Below are positions 27,889-35,387 of a DNA stretch of 64,000 nt, piece after piece. The stretch lies in the NCBI GenBank assembly GCA_045653705.1, contig JAZOMG010000066.1, forward strand, positions 1,888-65,887, in the 5' to 3' direction. Under the pieces are notes generated by a model. It was not told the origin of the DNA. It did no database searches and saw only the letters and a program-made list of their open reading frames with translations. Position 1 is the stretch's first letter. Every line of letters starts with the position of its first letter. The DNA is from Eubacteriales bacterium (GTDB lineage Bacteria > Bacillota > Clostridia > Oscillospirales > CAG-272). Both the position numbers and the translations under genes were made by a program.

Positions 27889-27922
27889 TAAAAAAGCAGG
27901 ACGGGCAAAAAACCCGCCCTGT
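27889..27922 (-). terminator. Hairpin terminator/attenuator between frr and uppS
   Basis: Minus strand reads CAGGGCGGG-UUUUUU-GCCCGUCCUG followed by CUUUUUU. Confidence 0.55.
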
Positions 27923-27930
27923 ATTTAAAT

Positions 27931-28485
27931 TCAGATCTGCATAATTTCCTTTTCTTTTCTTGCCGTTACAGCGTCAACGTCCTTAACGTACTTATCTGTA
28001 AGGTCCTGAATAGACTTTTCGGAAGCCTTCTGCTCGTCCTCGGTCATCTCTCCGTCCTTCTTCATCTTCTTGCAAAGGTCGTTTGCATCTCTTCTGATAT
28101 TACGGATAGCTACCTTTGCATCCTCACCGAACTTCTGTATCTGCTTTACAAGCTCGCGGCGGCGCTCCTCGGTAGGCTGAGGGAATATAAGGCGGATAAC
28201 CTTTCCGTCGTTTGTGGGAGTAATTCCAACGTCGGATGCAAGGATAGCCTTTTCCATAGCCTTAAGAGTAGTTGCATCATAGGGGGTGATGGTAAGTGTC
28301 TTTGCGTCCGCAACTCTGATATCAGCCATAGAGGTGATAGGAGTGGGCGCGCCCCAATATTCAAAGTTCACCTTAGATACCACAGCGGCATTAGCCTGTC
28401 CTGCGCGAACAGAGGCAAGGTTTTCCTCGTATACCGAAATGGCTTTTTTCATCTTTTCTTCAAAATCTTTTGTGTTGAGTTTCAT
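27931..28485 (-). CDS. frr: Ribosome recycling factor
   Basis: 184 aa; the ...VRAGQANAAVVSKV... and IRNIRRDAND motifs are typical of RRF. Confidence 0.97.
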   Translation of the reverse strand: MKLNTKDFEEKMKKAISVYEENLASVRAGQANAAVVSKVNFEYWGAPTPITSMADIRVADAKTLTITPYDATTLKAMEKAILASDVGITPTNDGKVIRLIFPQPTEERRRELVKQIQKFGEDAKVAIRNIRRDANDLCKKMKKDGEMTEDEQKASEKSIQDLTDKYVKDVDAVTARKEKEIMQI

Positions 28486-28520
28486 AATAATCTCCTCCGT
28501 ATGTAATTTTCTTAATTGTT

Positions 28521-29237
28521 TCAGTTGTGAATTTCAGTACCCACACGCTCACCCATAACGGCGCGGTAGATATTCATAGGGTCCTTAAGACCGAAAGCAT
28601 AGGACGTAATACCGTTTTCCATACAAAGAGTAGCTGCGGAAAGGTCAAGCGCCTTTAATCCCTTTGCTATCATTTCTCCGTATGTAAGCTCGTCGTATCT
28701 AGTGGCTGTGGGGTCGAGCTTAGGGTCTGCCGTATATACGCCGTCGATATTCTTTGCCATAAGTATAGCGTCGGCTTCTATCTCAGCCGCGCGCAATGCG
28801 GCGGCAGTATCGGTTGAGAAGAAAGGCGAGCCAAGTCCGCATCCGAAAATTACGACCCTTCCCTCTTCAAGAGCCTTTACGGCATCACGGGTCACATATC
28901 TGTCTGCAAAGGTCTGCATTTCAACGGCGGTCATAACCTTAGTGTCAAGTCCCGCTTCAATAAAGCTATCCTGAAGCGCCAAGGCATTTATTGCGGTAGC
29001 TAACATTCCCATACTGTCAGCGCGAACTCTGTTCATCTTACCGCCCTGTCTGCCTCTCCAGATATTTCCCGCGCCTACGATAACGCCTATCTGAACGCCC
29101 TGCTCATTGCATTTTTTCAGCACCTCGGCAACCTCGGCAATAAAATCAAAATTAAGTATTCCGTCTGCTCCCGCCGCCAGAGCCTCGCCCGACAGCTTCA
29201 AAAGAACGCGCTTATATTTCGGTGTCAATGTCTGCAT
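28521..29237 (-). CDS. pyrH: UMP kinase
   Basis: YKRVLLKLSGEAL, VVGAGNIWRG and GVYTADP motifs. ATG at 29237 with an AAAGGTGA RBS. Confidence 0.95.
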   Translation of the reverse strand: MQTLTPKYKRVLLKLSGEALAAGADGILNFDFIAEVAEVLKKCNEQGVQIGVIVGAGNIWRGRQGGKMNRVRADSMGMLATAINALALQDSFIEAGLDTKVMTAVEMQTFADRYVTRDAVKALEEGRVVIFGCGLGSPFFSTDTAAALRAAEIEADAILMAKNIDGVYTADPKLDPTATRYDELTYGEMIAKGLKALDLSAATLCMENGITSYAFGLKDPMNIYRAVMGERVGTEIHN

Positions 29238-29358
29238 AAGTAATTCACCTTTCATCTAAACATACTGTATATATTTTACTACATTTCACCTTATTTGTAA
29301 ACAGTTATTTTTTATTTTTCCCTACAAAAATAAATAATTTTACAAAATAGACATTTTA

Positions 29359-29406
29359 TTAAAAATAAAAGCCACCGCTTCAGCGTAAAAATACGTTAAA
29401 GCGGTG
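29359..29406 (-). terminator. Terminator after the M14-like gene
   Basis: CACCGCUU...AAGCGGUG stem followed by GCUUUUAUUUUU on the minus strand. Confidence 0.55.
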
Positions 29407-29430
29407 TATTATAATCATTATACCCAATGC

Positions 29431-30366
29431 TTAAACAAGCGCGGGCAGTGTAAAAAACGCCTCTCTCTGTCTTGAATATACGTCAAAATAAGAATAGGGA
29501 TAATTTTTATTTACTCCCTCGCAGGGGATATGAAACACGGGAATATTAAATTCGTCAATACAAAGATCCACAAATCCCCCGTACTCAATTCCGTCTTTCT
29601 CACATTGAAGCTTACAGCCGTTCATTCTTGACAGAGCCGCCGCTATGCTTTTACCTCTGGGGGGAGCTTTTTTATGGGTTCGGTAATATATTTTATCCCC
29701 CGCGCCACCGATGCAAAGAGCTGCCTTCAGTTCTCCGCTAAATCGCATAGTCGCGCACAACGCCCCTATTTCGGGCTCGCTTTCGGGAGCTTCACCGCCA
29801 TATCCCCACGGCGCCCCCGATATTATTCCATCTCTCTCGGCAACAGCTCTTCTTTCCAAAAAGCCGCCGCTGTAATTTCTTTGCAGGCTCACACCTCTGG
29901 CGTTTGCTTCCCAATCAGAGAAATCTCGCTTCTGCCTCATAGACAGTATGCGCTCCCTGAGAATATTATCCTCTCCAACACCGTTTATATTTATGTCCAC
30001 GCCGTCGGGATTAAGCATCGGTATTACACATATCCGTCTTGTTGCAAACAGGTAATCGATACTGTAATTGTATATCCGTCCCCCGCTCTTTTTTACCTCG
30101 CAATATTCGTTTATAAATCTTATAAGAGCGGCGCTTCCAAGCCAATCCTTTCCCGAATGAGCGCCTATGTATACTACCTGCTTTTTTCCCTCTCCCAAGC
30201 TCACCATCGGGATCCCTCTGCCGAGAATGCTTTCTCCGATATAGGTAAGAGACATAAATTTATATCTCTCGCACATAATATTCAGATATTTCATCATAGT
30301 TCCGTGATCTGTTGGGGTAATAATATCGAGCATCGCTCTTTGTGTGTTTATCTCCTTGTCCGTCAT
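29431..30366 (-). CDS. M14-family (gamma-D-glutamyl-diamino-acid peptidase-like) protein with degenerate zinc-binding motifs
   Basis: M14C-like blocks GESILGRGIPMVSLG, VIPMLNPDGV, WEANARGVSLQRN and PESEPE. The HxxE box reads GAHSGKDW instead of GxHHAREW. Confidence 0.6.
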   Translation of the reverse strand: MTDKEINTQRAMLDIITPTDHGTMMKYLNIMCERYKFMSLTYIGESILGRGIPMVSLGEGKKQVVYIGAHSGKDWLGSAALIRFINEYCEVKKSGGRIYNYSIDYLFATRRICVIPMLNPDGVDININGVGEDNILRERILSMRQKRDFSDWEANARGVSLQRNYSGGFLERRAVAERDGIISGAPWGYGGEAPESEPEIGALCATMRFSGELKAALCIGGAGDKIYYRTHKKAPPRGKSIAAALSRMNGCKLQCEKDGIEYGGFVDLCIDEFNIPVFHIPCEGVNKNYPYSYFDVYSRQREAFFTLPALV

Positions 30367-30513
30367 CTTGCTTCTGCCTTTCGTTTTTTATTACACAATA
30401 CGTAACAAGGATTAAAAAAATACCGAAATCAAAAAATATTTACAAAAAAATAAACACTTTTGGCTCATAGTATGATAAAATGTAGGGGTAGATTTTTTTA
30501 TTATGGGAGCATT

Positions 30514-31287
30514 ATGAAAAAAAATTCATCAAAACACATAAGACTTGACCTTGTTTTACTTATAATAACATTCGGTCTGCATACGGCAATAGAGCTTACT
30601 CTGTCGGTAAACAGTATACTGTGGACAGACACACTCTACCGAGATACAATTTTCCCCGATATACTGACCTCGCTGCAAAGCCTTTTGGAAATGGCGGTCA
30701 TAAGCGCGGGGCTTTCTGTACTTGCCGTCGTATTTTTTATGGGACTTAAAAAGCTTCCCTGTATTCTTGTATACTCAGGCGCGTTGGTATACAGAAGGCT
30801 GTTGGCGATGGGTATAACCCTTATTATCAACGGCGAGATAGCCTTGGACGATATTTTTATGTCACTTTTATCTCTGCTTCTCGATATGCTTACTCTATTA
30901 GTTGCTATATTAATTATTTATCTTTTTTCAAAAAATTACAGACGGCGGGCAGCTATGGCGACAAAAGCGTCAGCCCTGTTCGGTGATGCCGTTGAAAAGC
31001 CCGATCTATCGGAAATTTATCCCTTTACAAAAATATACGGCAAAGGCAATCCGCTCCAGGGCTGTTTGCTCGCCCTTGGCATTTTGCTCTCTGCCGTAAA
31101 ATTAATAACAAGAACCGTTGCCCTGTTTGTATCCGTTCCCGAAAGCATCCTGCTTACCGTAGGCGGATATGCAAGCGATCTGCTTATCGTTGTTATATCC
31201 TACGCTCTGTCCTGCCTGCTTTTGTCGGTGCTTTACAGCCAAAATGAAAAGCGTCTGGCAATAAAAAAGCTGTACGGAGAGGATTAG
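30514..31287 (+). CDS. Hypothetical polytopic membrane protein
   Basis: Five to six hydrophobic helices. GGGAG RBS lies before the ATG at 30514; the ORF-track TTG start is at 30460. I recognise no family. Confidence 0.5.
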   Translation: MKKNSSKHIRLDLVLLIITFGLHTAIELTLSVNSILWTDTLYRDTIFPDILTSLQSLLEMAVISAGLSVLAVVFFMGLKKLPCILVYSGALVYRRLLAMGITLIINGEIALDDIFMSLLSLLLDMLTLLVAILIIYLFSKNYRRRAAMATKASALFGDAVEKPDLSEIYPFTKIYGKGNPLQGCLLALGILLSAVKLITRTVALFVSVPESILLTVGGYASDLLIVVISYALSCLLLSVLYSQNEKRLAIKKLYGED

Positions 31288-31290
31288 GGC

Positions 31291-32172
31291 TTAGGAAAGG
31301 AGCTTTTGCATAAGCTCCAGCTTATCCTTTGAATACTCGTATGCTCCCTTGAAGTTCTCGGTTTCCCGACAGCATATCTCAAGGTCGCATAAAACAAAAT
31401 ACAGCATAGGCTGAGGTATGGCGGTTTCCCCGAGAATGATAGAATGCAAATATCCGTAGGCATCGGCGTATTCCCCTATCTCCATTTTCCTTTTAGCAAG
31501 CATATGGTAAACGTAGGAAGACTCGGGCTTGGCTATTGCCGATATATCGGCTTCGCTTATCTGAGTGCCCCCTGCCGATCGCTCAAACAGAATAAGATAT
31601 CTGCACAGCTCATCGGTCATTGCGGGGTATATATTTACCTCTGCCTCGTCAATTATATTTGAGGACAGTGTTGCCGACAAAAGTCTCATGAATTTAAAGC
31701 AAACGCCTGCCACCGCTACCGCGTAATCGGTTCGGTATAGCGTTCTTCCGCATCCCTCAATAGCTTCGTCGAGAAATTCACAGCAGTCTCTGAGAGCGCC
31801 GTTTCGAAAGCTCTCTATTCCGAGGGCAAGGTTACATTCGCACAAAAGCATTTGTATCTCATCATCCTCTGCGCTATCGGCATTGATACAGATATCTCGG
31901 CAAATTCGGTAGTCCTCGTTCATAAACGCCTTTTTTATACCGACTATCTCGCTGTGTTTTTTGAATATCATCTCATCGCCCTCATCTGCCAACAGGTAGG
32001 ACGGGGATACGTTCAGTCTGCCGGCTATATAACGCACTGTTTCCATAGAGGGATTTGCCGCGCCGTTCTCGATTCGGCTCAGCATATTCCGAGTTATTTC
32101 ATCTCCCACAAGCTCAGACTGAGTCATAAGCTTGGCGCTTCGCAATTTCTTTATTTTTTCGCCTATATTCAT
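31291..32172 (-). CDS. XRE-family HTH regulator with long helical-repeat (TPR-like) C-terminal domain
   Basis: N-terminal IGEKIKKLRSAKLMTQSELV...LSRIENG...PSMETVRYIAGRLNVSPSYLL (HTH_3), followed by about 220 aa that appear helical. Confidence 0.75.
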   Translation of the reverse strand: MNIGEKIKKLRSAKLMTQSELVGDEITRNMLSRIENGAANPSMETVRYIAGRLNVSPSYLLADEGDEMIFKKHSEIVGIKKAFMNEDYRICRDICINADSAEDDEIQMLLCECNLALGIESFRNGALRDCCEFLDEAIEGCGRTLYRTDYAVAVAGVCFKFMRLLSATLSSNIIDEAEVNIYPAMTDELCRYLILFERSAGGTQISEADISAIAKPESSYVYHMLAKRKMEIGEYADAYGYLHSIILGETAIPQPMLYFVLCDLEICCRETENFKGAYEYSKDKLELMQKLLS

Positions 32173-32252
32173 TGACCTAAAGCCCTTTCCAGATATCGTC
32201 TTTAGGTTATTTTATCATATTTTTGCTTAAAAATCAATACAAAAAGTAATTT

Positions 32253-33245
32253 TTATTTACCTTTTTCCTGTACCAGCTTAAGTGCAATACGTTCAAGCAC
32301 AAAGGAAAAGGGATAAAGCACCGCAAAGGTCATAAGATTAAACACAGTGTGAACAGCGGCTATCTGCCACATATTTATACTTCCGTCCAAAAATTTTACG
32401 CGCAAAACATACCTCAATAGAAATAATACCCCAAGTCCCATCACAGAGCCAAAAACGTTAAAGGCAAGATGGATAACGGCGGCTCTTTTGGCGTTTTTGC
32501 TTGTTCCCACAGCGGCTATCAACGCTGTGACACAAGTGCCTATATTCTGACCCATTATTATGGGTATGGCGTTCCCAAAGGTTATAGCCCCCGTAACGGT
32601 AAAGGATTGCAGTATACCTATTGAAGCGGACGAGCTTTGTATTATTGCTGTAAGCACAAGCCCCGCTAAAAGTCCTAAAATAGGATTTTCAAACATCAAG
32701 AGAATAGAACGGAAGCCTTGATTTTCGCCAAGTCCGCTTACGGAATCGGACATTATATCCATTCCTATCATCAAAACCGAAAAGCCGAGAAATATAAGAC
32801 CTATGTTTTTTCTCTTTTCGCTCTTTGCCGCATTGTAAAGAATTATTCCCACTAACGCAACCACGGGAACAAAGGCAGACGGCTTAAACCATTGCATAAC
32901 GCTTCCCACGGCTTCCCCGCCCTCCAAGCCCGAAAGGGCGGTTATCCACGAGGTTATTGCCGTACCGACGTTCGCTCCCATTATGACGCCAACGGCTTGG
33001 GAAAGAAGCATAGCTCCCGAATTTACAAAGCTTACTACCAATACGGTGGTCGCAGACGAGGATTGAACCACAGCGGTAACAAGCGTACCTAACAGGAAAC
33101 CCTTGAACCGATTTGAGGTAAGCTTATCAAATACCCCCTTAAGCTCGTTCCCGACGCTTCGTTTGAGAGTATCGCTCATAAGATTAATTCCGAAAAGGAA
33201 GAGTGACACACCGAGCGTCATATTAAGTATGTCAAAAATGCCCAT
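32253..33245 (-). CDS. Na/Pi cotransporter family protein (short, no PhoU-like C-terminal domain)
   Basis: Duplicated PNaS motifs (VVQSSSATTVLV and IIQSSSASIGIL). ATG at 33245 with an AGGGGGA RBS. Confidence 0.8.
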   Translation of the reverse strand: MGIFDILNMTLGVSLFLFGINLMSDTLKRSVGNELKGVFDKLTSNRFKGFLLGTLVTAVVQSSSATTVLVVSFVNSGAMLLSQAVGVIMGANVGTAITSWITALSGLEGGEAVGSVMQWFKPSAFVPVVALVGIILYNAAKSEKRKNIGLIFLGFSVLMIGMDIMSDSVSGLGENQGFRSILLMFENPILGLLAGLVLTAIIQSSSASIGILQSFTVTGAITFGNAIPIIMGQNIGTCVTALIAAVGTSKNAKRAAVIHLAFNVFGSVMGLGVLFLLRYVLRVKFLDGSINMWQIAAVHTVFNLMTFAVLYPFSFVLERIALKLVQEKGK

Positions 33246-33283
33246 ATTATCCCCCTGAAAAATTATGTAAGGAGACAACGGAA

Positions 33284-33973
33284 ATGCTTATAAAAGGCTT
33301 ACAGAAAACTACGCTTTTAGATTACCCCTCAAAGGTCGCTTCAACAATATTTACAGGCGGCTGTAATTTTCGCTGTCCCTTTTGCCATAACGCGTCCTTA
33401 GTAACACGGATAGACCCCGACGAGGTGCTTTCCGAGGAATACGTGTTATCCTTTTTAACTAAAAGAAAAGGTATACTTGACGGTGTTTGTATCACCGGCG
33501 GAGAGCCGCTTTTACAAAAGGATATTGTCGACTTTTGCAAAAAGCTTCGTGAAATCGGATTGCTTATTAAGCTTGATACAAACGGCTCGCGCCCCGAAGA
33601 GCTAAAAAGGCTTATGGGGCTTGGGCTTGTTGACTACATCGCTATGGATATCAAGAACTCCAAGGAGCTTTACGCAAGGACCTGCGGACTTTCACAGTTT
33701 CCCGATGGTGTTGAGGAAAGCGTAGAAATTATTATGAGCGGGAATATCCCCTATGAGTTCCGCACCACGGTAGTCAGAGAGCTTCACACAAAGGAGAGCA
33801 TTCTACGGCTATGTCAATGGATAAAGGGGGCTGACAGGTATTATCTGCAAGGCTTCAAGGACTCCTCAAACCTCATTGAGGACGGATACTCCGCATACTC
33901 GGAAAGCGAGATGCAGGAGCTTTTGAATATTGCCAAAGGTATCATTCCCTCGGCTGAGCTTCGCGGAATATAA
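33284..33973 (+). CDS. nrdG: Anaerobic ribonucleoside-triphosphate reductase activating protein (radical SAM)
   Basis: GGCNFRCPFCHN CxxxCxxC cluster at the N-terminus and GVCITGGEPL. Located near nrdD. Confidence 0.85.
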   Translation: MLIKGLQKTTLLDYPSKVASTIFTGGCNFRCPFCHNASLVTRIDPDEVLSEEYVLSFLTKRKGILDGVCITGGEPLLQKDIVDFCKKLREIGLLIKLDTNGSRPEELKRLMGLGLVDYIAMDIKNSKELYARTCGLSQFPDGVEESVEIIMSGNIPYEFRTTVVRELHTKESILRLCQWIKGADRYYLQGFKDSSNLIEDGYSAYSESEMQELLNIAKGIIPSAELRGI

Positions 33974-33975
33974 AT

Positions 33976-34003
33976 AAAAGAGCTTACAGTGTAAGCTCTT
34001 TTA
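33976..34003. terminator. Bidirectional terminator between convergent nrdG and trxB
   Basis: AAAAGAGCTTAC-agt-GTAAGCTCTTTT. Confidence 0.6.
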
Positions 34004-34009
34004 TTATGT

Positions 34010-34921
34010 CTATTTTTTTGAATCAATATACCTACAAGCCGCAAGAGCCGCTACCGCGCCGTCGGAGCAGGCTGTGGTTATCTGCCGCACCGCCTTTGTT
34101 CGGCAGTCACCTGCCACAAAAACGCCCTCTGTATCGGTAACGCAACGCTCATCGGCAACAATATATCCGTACTCATTAAGCTTTGTAAGATTTTCAAAGC
34201 ACTCGTTTTCGGGCTGTTGTCCGATAGCAACAAACAGACCCTCTACCGAAAGACTGCTTTCTTCCCCTGTTTTGGAATTGCGCAGCTTCAGCGCTTCAAG
34301 CTTGCCATCTCCCAAAAGCTCGGTAACTACGGTATCAAATACCATAGTCACATTGTTTCTCTTTTCAAGCTGAGCTACAAGCCTTGCCTCGCCCGTCATA
34401 AAAGAAAGGTTTTGAACCATGGTCACGTGGGTACAATACTCTGACAGCATAATAGCTTCCTGAAGCGCAGTATTTCCGCCGCCTACTATGGCAACGTCCG
34501 CTCCTGAAAAGAATGCTCCGTCACAGACGGCGCAATAAGAAACGCCCTTTCCTATAAGCTCGTTTTCTCTTTCAAGCCCCAAATGACGGTGCTTTGAGCC
34601 GGAGCAAATAATGACAGCCTTAGCCTCAAATTCACCCATATCGGTAATTACCTTTTTTACATCTCCGCAGTCAATAACCGAGGTAACCTCCGCAAGCTCG
34701 ATATCCGCGCCGTGCTCCATTACCTGATCAAGCATCATCTGCGCAAGCTCGTTTCCGCTTATCTCCATAAGCGTGGGATAGTTTTCAACCTTTGGCGAAT
34801 GAGTTATCTGACCGCCAAAATTTTCTTTTTCAATCAAGAGCACGCTTTTATCGGCTCTCAATGCGTAAAGCGCCGCGGTAAGTCCCGCAGGGCCTGCGCC
34901 AACAATAATAATATCGTGCAT
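34010..34921 (-). CDS. trxB: Thioredoxin-disulfide reductase
   Basis: IIIVGAGPAGLTAA FAD motif, redox-active CAVCDG and an NADPH site VGGGNTALQEA. Confidence 0.9.
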   Translation of the reverse strand: MHDIIIVGAGPAGLTAALYALRADKSVLLIEKENFGGQITHSPKVENYPTLMEISGNELAQMMLDQVMEHGADIELAEVTSVIDCGDVKKVITDMGEFEAKAVIICSGSKHRHLGLERENELIGKGVSYCAVCDGAFFSGADVAIVGGGNTALQEAIMLSEYCTHVTMVQNLSFMTGEARLVAQLEKRNNVTMVFDTVVTELLGDGKLEALKLRNSKTGEESSLSVEGLFVAIGQQPENECFENLTKLNEYGYIVADERCVTDTEGVFVAGDCRTKAVRQITTACSDGAVAALAACRYIDSKK

Positions 34922-34952
34922 TTTTTCTCCTTATATGATAACCGTCAGTCAT

Positions 34953-35312
34953 AACCACCGGCTAAGCCGGTGGATTGCTCAGCCCTATAAGGGCATGTTA
35001 CTGGCGGGGCTGAAAGCCCACCGAAAAATCTAACACTCGTACCCCCGTACTACAGCCACAAATGCGGCGACAATCCTTAGCCTTCCCCAGCGGGGAGCAT
35101 ACTCCGCTTCGCTTCGTGTAAAGTTTGCTAAGCAAACATTAGGGGACCACGGTAGTGGTGGATGAGGAGAGTGGATACAGACACACAAAAAGGTGTTCTC
35201 CTCATCCGTCACTCCTTACGTCGTGCCACCTTCCCCGCTGGGGAAGGCTATCGCTGCGGCGGGATTGCTCATCGCAAAAGCCTCTACAGAACCAACCGCT
35301 TAGCGGGTGGTT
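34953..35312. repeat. 360-bp mosaic of GC-rich short hairpins (REP/BIME-like or MITE-like), bounded by 21-bp imperfect inverted repeats
   Basis: AACCACCGGCTAAGCCGGTGG (34953-34973) matches the reverse complement of 35292-35312 at 18 of 21 positions. An internal inverted pair TAGCCTTCCCCAGCGGGGA occurs at ~35088 and ~35230, and a central 9-bp stem ATGAGGAGA/TCTCCTCAT lies at 35161-35204. At least 8 further 4-8 bp hairpins are separated by ATTGCTC/ATGTTAC/CCGTCAC-type linkers. Confidence 0.55.
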
Positions 35313-35324
35313 TTCGTTCACAAT

Positions 35325-35367
35325 AAGGCATTGTCTCTTTATTAGGGACAATGCCTTATTTATTTTT
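35325..35367. terminator. Strong hairpin 30 nt downstream of nrdD stop; T-tract lies on the plus-strand side
   Basis: AAGGCATTGTCTC-tttatta-GGGACAATGCCTT followed on the plus strand by ATTTATTTTTT. On the minus strand the trailing sequence is not U-rich. Confidence 0.45.
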
Positions 35368-35387
35368 TACCTTTTTACTTATTTAAT

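Noticed and set aside
34953-35367. The GC-rich structured spacer considered as a known housekeeping RNA (RNase P, tmRNA, 6S, SRP) or as a CRISPR array.
   Set aside because: No RNase P GAGGAAAGUCC-type core is present, and there is no tmRNA tag ORF or tRNA-like UCCACCA end on either strand. The overall shape does not fit 6S or SRP. The repeats are too short and heterogeneous for CRISPR (4-10-bp stems, 7-nt linkers), and no cas genes are in the window.
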